Assembly: GCA_965213925.1 (NCBI GenBank)
Contig: OZ243927.1
Span: 768,001-832,000 of the forward strand
Source: Trueperaceae bacterium
GTDB lineage: Bacteria; Deinococcota; Deinococci; Deinococcales; Trueperaceae
Reading direction: 5' to 3'
DNA: 64,000 nt
Part shown: one piece after another, positions 52,245-60,927 of the stretch
How positions within the stretch are numbered: the first letter of the stretch is position 1
Layout: each line of letters opens with the position of its first letter
Notes under the pieces: model-generated
What the model saw: the letters and a program-made list of their open reading frames with translations, nothing else
Told to the model about the DNA's origin: nothing
The model's database searches: none
Program-made: the position numbers and the translations under genes

Positions 52245-53062
52245 TTTAGAGGAGACGTTGGGCTAGGTAGACGAGCGGTTCCGGGTGAACGTGGAGGGCG
52301 TGACGAACCTCTGTAAGCTCTTCTCCTGGCCCGAAGGACTACCGAGCCACTTGCGCCCCTTCACGTCGGGGCAGATTCAAGAAGGGGGCGAACTCGGCTA
52401 CAGCCTCTCGCACGCTTACGGCGCAGCCTTCGACAACTCCGAGCTGATCGTGGCGTGCGTGGTGGGTGACGGCGAGGCGGAGGCGGGGCCCTTGGCGGCC
52501 GCGTGGCACTCGAACAAGTTCCTAAACCCGGCTAGGGACGGCGCGGTTTTGCCCATCCTGCACCTTGACGAGCATAAGATAGGCGGCTTGATCCTCTTCG
52601 GGCGGATGAATCATGGGGAGCTGCAGAACCTCTTCACGGGCTACGGCCACCGCGTGCACTTCGTGGCGGGCGACGAGCCGGAGGCTGTTCACAGGTCGCT
52701 TTGGGGAACGCTGAATCGATGTTATGAAGAGGTCGAAGCGGCGCGAAAGGAAGCTAGGTCCAATCCAGACTCTAAACCCACCTTGCCGCTGATCGTCTTG
52801 CGCACGCCGAAAGGGTGGACCGGTCCTAAGACACTGGCGGGTCAATCCGTCGAAGGGACCTTCCGCTCGCACGGCACGCCGCTGTCTGACCCTAAAGACG
52901 ACGAGGAGTTTGAGACGCTCAAGACGTGGCTCGAGAGCTACGACCCTGCGTCGTTCAACGAGGTGGGAGAGCCAGACGAGGCAGTGCGGTCTCTATTGCC
53001 CGAATCTGACAAGAGGTTAGGCCGCAATCCGCACGCGAACGACGGTGCGCTCCTAGTCCCTC
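52245..53062 (+). pseudogene. xfp: Phosphoketolase internal fragment
   Basis: EGGELGYSLSHAYGAAFDN, GDGEAE, HSNKFLNP, LRTPKGWTGP; both ends missing, 3' end cut by an IS21 remnant. Confidence 0.88.
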
Positions 53063-53863
53063 TGGACCGCGAGCCAGTCTTGGCTGTTCTGGCTGGCGGT
53101 GACTTCGGCGTAGGTGTAGTTGCTTGCGCCTAAAACAGCTACGAAGACTTGTCCCTGTTGCACCTCACCACTTTGAGGATCGGTGATCGGTAACGTGACC
53201 CCGGCGTAGTCAACGAACAGTTTCTCGCCTGCAGTATGGGACTGCCGCATGATGACGCCTTGCTCGCCCAGCTAGACTCTGTAGCAAACGGTGAACGTCG
53301 AATACTCGTACCCCGTAGGATGCTGCACTTTATATTCCTGCCACAAGAGCAGCAGGGTGACCCCTTTGCGCTGCTTTTCCTTATGGACGTATTCCCAATC
53401 GGGTTCAGGACGTGACGCTTCGCCTTTCACGGCAAACAGCCTGGCTTCTAATGCCGCATCATCCCACTCAGCACTGAGTGGCCACGACAGCCCAGCGGCT
53501 TCGGCGCGGCGCAGATAATTGCTGACGCTGCCCTTGCTGAGCGCACAACTCTGAGCAATCTGCCGCTCGCTCAGCTCGCACGCATATCTCAACCTTAGAA
53601 TCTCTCGGACCTTCCTCAAAAGAGTCCTCAACAGCAGGTAGCATCTGGTCATAAACACAGCGGCTCAGTAACGGCATGATACGCCCTGTTGAAGACTCTT
53701 TGACGCTCGCTTTCTCGACATGCTCTATCTTGCCGGGCATGTCTCGGGAGTGTCTCGCGTCGCTACGCTGAGGTGGTCAAGGTTGCTAAAACACTGGTCA
53801 ATTTATGTAAATTGACCGCCCACGTATCGTAAAGTCAATGGTCAAATTGGGCTGAAATACGCA
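53063..53863 (-). mobile_element. IS21-family remnant (left end plus 5' istA, disrupted)
   Basis: End TGCGTATTTCAGCCCAATTTGACCA at 53863; [40 protein letters not shown]. Confidence 0.88.
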
Positions 53864-54240
53864 AACGCTGACAAGTAAAGGAGAGGTCCAGGTACGGGTG
53901 TACAAACGCGCCCTTATTCTGCTGCTAGCAGATGAGGGACTAAAAGACGCTGAGATCACCTCACGAGTAGGCGTGAGCCGAGTAACGGTGAGCCGCATTC
54001 GGCAGCGCTACGAAGTGGAGGGTTTGGGGGCGGTAGCGGAAAGGGCGAGACCGGGGCGTCCGAGTATCTTCAGTGGAGAGACGATCGAAATTGAGTTCTC
54101 CGCCCTCGCTAGGCAATGTCTCAATAGACGTATCCCTTGTCAAAAGCAACTAGGGCGTGAAGTCTTGGCTTGGGTCGACGCTCGTAATGCTGAATGCATC
54201 TCCGTCACCTGGCAGTTCTCTATCCAGAGTGCGCGTGACA
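53864..54240 (+). mobile_element. IS630-family remnant with internal deletion
   Basis: RALILLLADEG...RPGRP HTH joined directly to C-terminal IEIEFSALARQCLNRRI...WQF. Confidence 0.8.
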
Positions 54241-55957
54241 CTTAGGTGTAGCGGGAAGCTCAAAGCGGATTACGTTTAAGATATCCCCTTTGAATTTTGT
54301 CGTCTCAAAAGAGATGTGCAGATACTTCTCAGCTAAAGCGATGAATAGCCTCGGGAAGAGTTCGTCATCGTCTCCTACCCGCCGCCGCAATTCATCGACG
54401 ACGACGCTTTGCATCAAGGACCCGCTGCTGAAAGAGGTAGGCTTAAACCCGAAGTCCTTAACGAGAATGTGGAGCACTTTAGGTAGATTTTCGGGCTGCT
54501 TCTCCAGATAATCAAAGAGAAGATTGAGCGCTATGCGGAAGTTGTCCGGGCTCGAGTACACAAACGCACTTAGTATGCTTAAAATTGATGGTCTGGGGAT
54601 GCTCGAGTCAGGTTTTGTTTTCAAGCTCGAGAGGTCTATGCCTTTCGGTTCCAAGCGGTCGATGTAGGCTTGAGCAAAAAGCAATGTCTCAGTTTTCTTC
54701 ACGAACCAGAAGGTATTTACGAGGTACAGCAAACCTTCCTGATCGTTAGCTTCCTCAAATGCCTTCCACGCCTCATCCACGCATGGACGCATCACCTCCA
54801 CAACAGCTTCGGCATCGAAAGCGTTGAGGATAGGGTTGATCATATCGATCAGCTTGCGCTCCTGCTCGGGGAAAAAGTGAGTCAGAAGCGCCGAGAAGTC
54901 GAGCGTCCGCTCTTTGAAGAAAGCGAGATAGGTGATGTACGTGGCGAGCACCTGGTCTGAGAACCGGAGCACCTCGTTTTCGTACATATCCATCACCTCT
55001 AACTCGTGAAGGCGTTGAGCCGTGCTCCAGAACGCTTCCGGTGTGATGCCGAAGGCTGCGACGATACTATGCATCTGTTCCGCATTTGCCCTGTCAACGT
55101 ATCTGAAGAAACCGACAATGCCAGCGACTCTCAGTAAGTCTCGGTTCCCTAAGCTCTCAAGGTCCTTACGGATGGAGCTGAAATATTCGTCGTAGAGTGC
55201 GGACACGTCGAGGATGCTTTGGAGGGTGTTCTCACGTTTCGCTACTTGCGCCGCCATGACGGCTAGGCGCGGGTTGTCCTGCGCTATGTTGATGATGTGA
55301 TCAAGATATGAAGGGTGAGTAATTTCAAACTCGTCTTCCAGTAGTTGCCTTATCTATGTATCGTCGAAGGGTCCAAGTCCGACCTCCGTCCGCTCACCGT
55401 AAATCTTTACAGCTTCGCGCACTTTCTCTAATGCGTAATCGCGAACAGTGACCACGACCTTGAATTTCTGATCTACCCTTTGAGTATGGAGAAGTTGGAG
55501 CACGTAGTCAAAGCCGCTCACGCGGTTCGCGTCATCGACGAAGATGAGGTACTCCCCCGAGTCGGAGAAATGAACCCGTAAATCTTCGAAAAGGTCCGCC
55601 CCTCGGTTATAAATACAACGCACGTCGTAGCTCGAGTAACTCCCCACAAATTTACGACAAGCTTCCAGAGCAAGGCTTGACTTCCCTATGCCTGCAGAGC
55701 CAGAGATGATAACGATGTCGGTATGCACAAGCGCGTTTAGAACTCGCTGCAACTCCTCGTCCCGGAAGAGAAAATCGGTGTCGAGTGGCGTGGCAAGCGT
55801 ATTTCTATTGTAGGCGCTGACGAACTCATCCGATTCGACAATCTGACCGGTATCGACTTGAACGCCCAAGAAGTCTCTGGCAAGACCGGGGAAGTTCTGG
55901 TAGAGATCAAAAGCGATGCGCTCAAGGTTAAAGAAGTTTACATTGACGCCTTCGTCT
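54241..55957 (-). pseudogene. N-terminal/central fragment of the large STAND-like NTPase
   Basis: Walker A GSAGIGKS, Walker B LIFVDDANR, VVTVRDY, DNPRLA; one in-frame TAG at 55354-55356; 5' cut by an IS, 3' cut by the IS630 remnant. Confidence 0.85.
54248..54734 (+). repeat. Direct repeat copy B
   Basis: Matches 28230-28716. Confidence 0.92.
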
Positions 55958-57186
55958 GGTACTGCTCCAAAAATTTCTTCAAGCGGCTAAGCGAGGGTTT
56001 GCCGCTCCAATAAGTGTAGCCCAGGGGGTGGTGTAGTCCAAAGCTGAATGCCGCCGCTTGCGGTTATACCAGCAGTGAAAGTCAGGTAGAGCCTGTTGAA
56101 CTTCGGCGAGTGATCGCCAGTCATGCCTAAAAGCGAACGAGTATTTGTAGGTGCGGTTGAGCCTTTCAAGGATGCCCATACCGCCTTTTTGGCTGACTTT
56201 GCATCTGACCCACGCACCGTGGCGCAAGCAAGCATTTTGAAACACCTCGCCGGTGAAGTCCGAGCCGTCGTCGCTCTGGACGAGGATAGCGCTGCGGATA
56301 CTCTGCGAGCGCAACACGGCAATGCCTTCGTCGAGGGCTGCTTTGGCTAAGTGCATCGACAGACCCCTAACGGCTTTGCTCGCTAGCACGGTACGCGGTT
56401 GCACGTCCAACACGTGATAGACCCAGCACACCCCATCAGCGAGCGATAAACGGGTAGCGTCAATCTGCACCCGTCTCCCAGCAGGCCACTCGGGAGGCGG
56501 CACGACCTGCGGCGAGGGGTTTCTCGTCTTGCGCGGTTGTGGTGGGTTTAGCTCGAGGTCTCCAAGTAGCTGGCGCACACGGTGCAGACCTATTTGCTCC
56601 CCTTGATCCCGCAACTCCTGATAGAGAAATCTGTAGCCATAAGTCGGGTGTTGCAGCGCTACGTGCTTGACGGCTTCGCGCAATTTGTCCCCTTCTTCTT
56701 CGCGAGCACGCCTTGTAGCACTGCTTTTTTCAAAGTCACGTAGCTGCCGGTATCCCGGCATACTGGGCAAAGCGTCTTAAACTCAGCTCCGGTCGGCTCT
56801 GACGTAGCGCTAACAGCTCAGCCATACTCAGAGCCGCCGCACTTTTCGCGAAATATCTAGCTCCAACTCTTTCTCAGCCAAAATGCGCTTCAAGCGGTCA
56901 TTCTCGCGCTCTAAGGTTACCTGTCCGTTATCCGGCTTGTTCCCAGCGAGCCTGGCACGCCCGCCTTCGAGAAAGTTTGCCTTCCAGGTGTGAATCTGGC
57001 TCTTATTGACCCCATGCTGTCTGGCTGCCTCAGCCACGCTGACCTCGCCTCGCAGCACCGATAACACGGTGGTCTCTTTGACCTCTAGGCTCCAGGACTT
57101 TCGTTGCTTGCCCATCTTCTTCCTCCAAGTTCTTCTACCCTCGCATAATTCGGGTTGAGTTTGGAAGAAATCGCTGGAGCACTACC
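55958..57186 (-). mobile_element. IS element (IS3-like orfA/orfB organisation), orfB frameshifted
   Basis: IRs GGTACTGCTCCAAAAATTTCTTC / GAAGAAATCGCTGGAGCACTACC; orfA 56828-57115 HTH; orfB DDE (QIDAT, QSD, ERLNRT, RRHSAL); no target duplication. Confidence 0.85.
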
Positions 57187-57572
57187 GGTACACCTGTCCT
57201 CGCCACGTCAGCGACGTTCCGGGTGACGAGCGTCAGATTATGCGTGTGTGCTGTTGCTGCTAAGAGGCTGTCTATGACAGGTAAAGGGTCGGGTGCGTTG
57301 AAGCTGCCCCAGGTCTCTGCTACTTCAACCGTGATCAGCAGGATTTGGTCGCGGTAGTCGCGTTTGAGCGTCCCAAGCCACGCATCATAAACAGCAGCCT
57401 GAGCTGGATCGCGCTGCCTGAGTCGCTCGACCCCCTGTCGTATTTCGCCGACGACCAGCACGCTCAAGAAGAGTTCGTCGCTGCGAACGGAGGCAAACCA
57501 GGCCTTCACTCCCTCGTCGCCCCGAGGCTTACGCACTTCGGAGAGGATGTTCGTGTCCAGCAGATAGCTCAA
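57135..57572 (-). CDS. vapC: VapC (PIN) toxin, C-terminus replaced by IS sequence
   Basis: YLLDTNILSE, SVLVVGEI, IDSLLAATA, LVTRN. Confidence 0.9.
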   Translation of the reverse strand: MSYLLDTNILSEVRKPRGDEGVKAWFASVRSDELFLSVLVVGEIRQGVERLRQRDPAQAAVYDAWLGTLKRDYRDQILLITVEVAETWGSFNAPDPLPVIDSLLAATAHTHNLTLVTRNVADVARTGVPVVLQRFLPNSTRIMRG

Positions 57573-57811
57573 AACTCGATCACACGACTGCGCTCGTCGG
57601 AGCGTTCGATTTCTAAGGTACTGAGGTCAGGTCCGCTCGTGAGGAAGCTTTTGAAATCCTCCTTGCTGCCGCTCAGCTTGCGATACGCCTCAGCCGATAC
57701 GACGACGGCGACCTCCTCGCCGTGGCGCGTGGCGACCTGCGGACCCTCGTCCTGGGCCTGTTTGATAAGCTGACTTAATTTCTGTTTCGCCTCTTGCAGT
57801 TGCCACACCAT
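57569..57811 (-). CDS. Phd/YefM family antitoxin
   Basis: WQLQEAKQKLSQLI, GPQVATRHG..VAVVVS; 4-nt overlap with the toxin. Confidence 0.92.
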   Translation of the reverse strand: MVWQLQEAKQKLSQLIKQAQDEGPQVATRHGEEVAVVVSAEAYRKLSGSKEDFKSFLTSGPDLSTLEIERSDERSRVIEF

Positions 57812-57902
57812 ACTGACCTCCTACCTAGTCTGTCTAGATTATAGCAGAAGCATCTGACAATACCTTGGGCTTCTGCAAAAGACGCGCGCGTCTTACGCAT
57901 AA

Positions 57903-58005
57903 TGGTGCATCCGTGAAATTCCGTATAGTTTCCAAAGTCCGTCCTCGGTGTTCCCAGCGCAAATCACTGCGTCGGCGATTTGTAACGAACTTTGTGGACG
58001 AACCA
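57903..58005 (+). repeat. 103-bp inverted-repeat unit
   Basis: ATAA|TGGTGCATCCGTG...GTGGACGAACCA|ATAA. Confidence 0.8.
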
Positions 58006-58197
58006 ATAAGGTTCGTGCCCAATAAGGGCCGATTTTTGCCGAAACGTAAAAGCAAGAGCGGGTTGCGTTAAGTGCCGCGCTGCCCTCTCCGATTGACCTT
58101 TGGAGTACCATAATGGACAGATAGAACATAAGAGGATGACCTAAGGCTAGCTGCTCACCTCTTCCCCTTTAAGGGGGCGCGTCGCCAGGAGTTCTTT

Positions 58198-60906
58198 ATG
58201 TCTCAGCTTCTCAGTCCGCTACCCGCTCAAGGTAGCCTTGTCACGCTAGGCGACCTAACGCTTAAAGGGAGCAGCTTCGACCGAACAAAACCGCTCTTGC
58301 TCCTGTGCTATTTGTGTTTAGAAGGACCCAAGGAACGCCGCCACTTGGCCGAACTTTTCTGGCCGGGGGCTGCAGACCCACTGGCGAGCCTTGCTACTGA
58401 ACTTTCGAGGCTCAAGCGTCACCTCGGTGACGTCGTCGATACCGACGCAAGCCACACTAAAGCGCTCCTGCAAACCGACGTCCAGGTTTTCTTGCGCTCG
58501 CTCGAGCGGCAAGACCTAAGCCAAGCTGCGGCTGTCTACAAAGGTGATTTTCTCAAAGGAGTAGCGTTAAAGAACGTCTCGCAAGAACTCGAGGCGTGGG
58601 TCTACGGCACACGCGAATTCTTGGCGGGGCGAGCCCGCGACGTGTTGCTCGGCTTGGGCGAGGCGGCCGCCCGCCGTGACGACTATACCGAGGCGGCCGG
58701 GCGCGCTCACGAAGCCTACGCACAGGTGCAGACCGCCGCGTTAGAACCCGAGCAGTTGCGGAGGGCGTACACCCTTCTGGTCGCGGACGACCACCCTTGG
58801 GCAGCGACGCTCAGAGAGGAAGCGCGCGACTTGGGAATGTCCCTGGACGTTAGCAAGGTCGAAGCGCGCAAGCGTTTACGCCCGGCGCAGGGTGACGCTC
58901 TCCCGGGCGACGCGACGAGCTTTGTGGGGCGCGGCGCGGAGGTTCGCGACGTGGTGGCCTTGCTGCGGGGCGAGGCCCGGCTCGTCTCGGTCGTCGGGCT
59001 GGCCGGCACGGGCAAGTCCAGGTTAGCCGCCGAGGTGGTGAGGAACCTGCAGGCCGAGGGGGTCTTTCCTGACGGCGTCCATCCTGTGTGGCTCGTCGCC
59101 CTGACTCGTCCCGACGACGTGCCGACGGCCTTTGCAAACGCGCTCGGGCTGGTTGAAGAGAAAGAGGGCCCCCTCGAGGGGGTCGCCCGTCACATAGAGG
59201 ACAGGCGCACCCTCGTCTACTTCGACAACTACGAGCACGTCATCGAGGGTGCATCCTTTCTGTCCGAGCTGCTCACGCGCTGCCCGAAGCTGAAAATTTT
59301 AGTCACCTCGCGCGAACGCCTCAACCTAGAGGAGGAGTGGACCTTTTGGCTCGAGGGCCTGAGCGTTGCGGCGGAGCCGCACCTTCTGTCCGATGCGGCC
59401 GAGCTTTTCATCGCGCGGGCCAAGCGTATGGACGTCACTTTCGCGGTTCCGGAGAACTTAGAGGCCATCGACGACCTTTGCGCCTTGGTCGAAGGCTCAC
59501 CGCTGGCGCTAGAGCTGGCGGCCTCTTGGGTCCGAGTGATGTCCTGCGCCGAGGTAAAGGCGCAATTTGAACAAGACCTCGGCGCGTTGAGCACGCGGCT
59601 TAAGAACACCCCCGAAAGACACAGGAGCTTAGAGGTGGCCTTTGGCTACTCCTGGGACCTTCTCTCCGGCGAGGAGCGGCGGGTGTTGCGCGAGCTGTCG
59701 GTGTTCCGGGGAGGCTTCAGCCTCGAGGGGGCTAGGAGGGTGGCGGGCGCGGGGCTCTCAACCCTGGTATCGCTCACGGACAAGTCGCTTCTCAAACAAG
59801 CGGGGGGGCGCTACGGGCGGCACCCGCTGCTCTACAACTTTACGCAGCACAAGCTTGCCGAGCACCCCGAAGTGGAAGCAGCGGCGCGACATCGACACGC
59901 AGCTTTCTACACCGCCTGGGCTGAGGAAGCCGCTCCGCACCTGTCCGGGGGGGAGCAAGCGACCTGGCTGGAGCGCGTCGCGCGCGACCTTAGCAACGTC
60001 CAAGTCGCGGCGCGCTGGGCCGTGGCGCATGGCGAGGTGGAACTGGGTTTACGTGTCTTAACAGCTTTGGAAACATTCTGGTATGTGCGTGACGTACGCG
60101 CAGGCAAAATCCTCTTAGAAGAGACCTTGGCCTCAGCGGAGCTTGACCCTACCAATGCCTGCCGCGCCGACGCTTCAAGGGTGCTCGGCGTGCTCCGCTG
60201 GCGCGAAAACGACCTCGGTGGCGCAGGGGCGGCTTATGAGGACAGCCTCGCCGCCTACCGCGCCAACGGCGACGAGCAGGGCGTTGCCAAGCTCCTCAAC
60301 AACCTGGGGATTCTTGCCTCGCTCCGCGGCGAGTTCGGCGAGGCGCAGGGGCTCTACGAGGAAAGTCTGACCATCAAGCGCCGCCTGGGTGACAAACGCG
60401 GCGTCGCCGCGTCACTTAACAATTTAGGCATCGCCGCGCGCCACCGCGGCGACAACGTGGCGGCCTACGCGTTCTACCGGGAGAGCTTGGCGCTCGAGCA
60501 AGAGCTGAACAACGCACACGGCTTGATCGCCTCGCTCAACAACTTGGGCAAGGTGTCCCTTACCCTCGGCCGCGAGGGTCAGGCGCACAAACACCTGGCC
60601 GAGGCGCTGCGGTTGGAGCGTGAGCTGAGCGACATGATGTACCTTCTCGACACGCTCAACGTGTTGGCGGCCGTCGAAGCAACAGCCGACCGCTTTGAAC
60701 ACGCCGCCACGCTGCTGAGCGCTGAGAAGGCGCTACGCGGACATTTCGGCGTTGGGTTTCGACCTGAAGAGAGAGCGGAATTCGAAAAAGACGTCAGCTT
60801 GGCGCGCACCAAGCTGAGTGAGGTTGATTTCGGCGCGGGGTGGACGAAAGGGTGTGAGATGGACAAGAACAGTGCCATCGCCTACGCGCTCGAGATTTGT
60901 CGTTGA
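58198..60906 (+). CDS. AfsR/SARP-like regulator: wHTH-BTAD, STAND ATPase, TPR
   Basis: LLLCYL...LAELFWP, FVGR, GLAGTGKS, FDNYEH, VTSRE, GSPLALELAA, repeated LNNLG TPRs. Confidence 0.9.
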   Translation: MSQLLSPLPAQGSLVTLGDLTLKGSSFDRTKPLLLLCYLCLEGPKERRHLAELFWPGAADPLASLATELSRLKRHLGDVVDTDASHTKALLQTDVQVFLRSLERQDLSQAAAVYKGDFLKGVALKNVSQELEAWVYGTREFLAGRARDVLLGLGEAAARRDDYTEAAGRAHEAYAQVQTAALEPEQLRRAYTLLVADDHPWAATLREEARDLGMSLDVSKVEARKRLRPAQGDALPGDATSFVGRGAEVRDVVALLRGEARLVSVVGLAGTGKSRLAAEVVRNLQAEGVFPDGVHPVWLVALTRPDDVPTAFANALGLVEEKEGPLEGVARHIEDRRTLVYFDNYEHVIEGASFLSELLTRCPKLKILVTSRERLNLEEEWTFWLEGLSVAAEPHLLSDAAELFIARAKRMDVTFAVPENLEAIDDLCALVEGSPLALELAASWVRVMSCAEVKAQFEQDLGALSTRLKNTPERHRSLEVAFGYSWDLLSGEERRVLRELSVFRGGFSLEGARRVAGAGLSTLVSLTDKSLLKQAGGRYGRHPLLYNFTQHKLAEHPEVEAAARHRHAAFYTAWAEEAAPHLSGGEQATWLERVARDLSNVQVAARWAVAHGEVELGLRVLTALETFWYVRDVRAGKILLEETLASAELDPTNACRADASRVLGVLRWRENDLGGAGAAYEDSLAAYRANGDEQGVAKLLNNLGILASLRGEFGEAQGLYEESLTIKRRLGDKRGVAASLNNLGIAARHRGDNVAAYAFYRESLALEQELNNAHGLIASLNNLGKVSLTLGREGQAHKHLAEALRLERELSDMMYLLDTLNVLAAVEATADRFEHAATLLSAEKALRGHFGVGFRPEERAEFEKDVSLARTKLSEVDFGAGWTKGCEMDKNSAIAYALEICR

Positions 60907-60927
60907 GTTGCGTGTACCAAACGAGGG

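Noticed and set aside
53794..53817. dif-like TTATGTAAAT inside a palindrome
   Set aside because: Lies within the subterminal TTGACC repeats of the IS21 left end, which explains it
55354..55356. Programmed stop-codon readthrough or recoding in the NTPase
   Set aside because: The two stops differ (TAG, TAA), other genes use both as normal stops, and the gene is also IS-truncated, so decay is simpler
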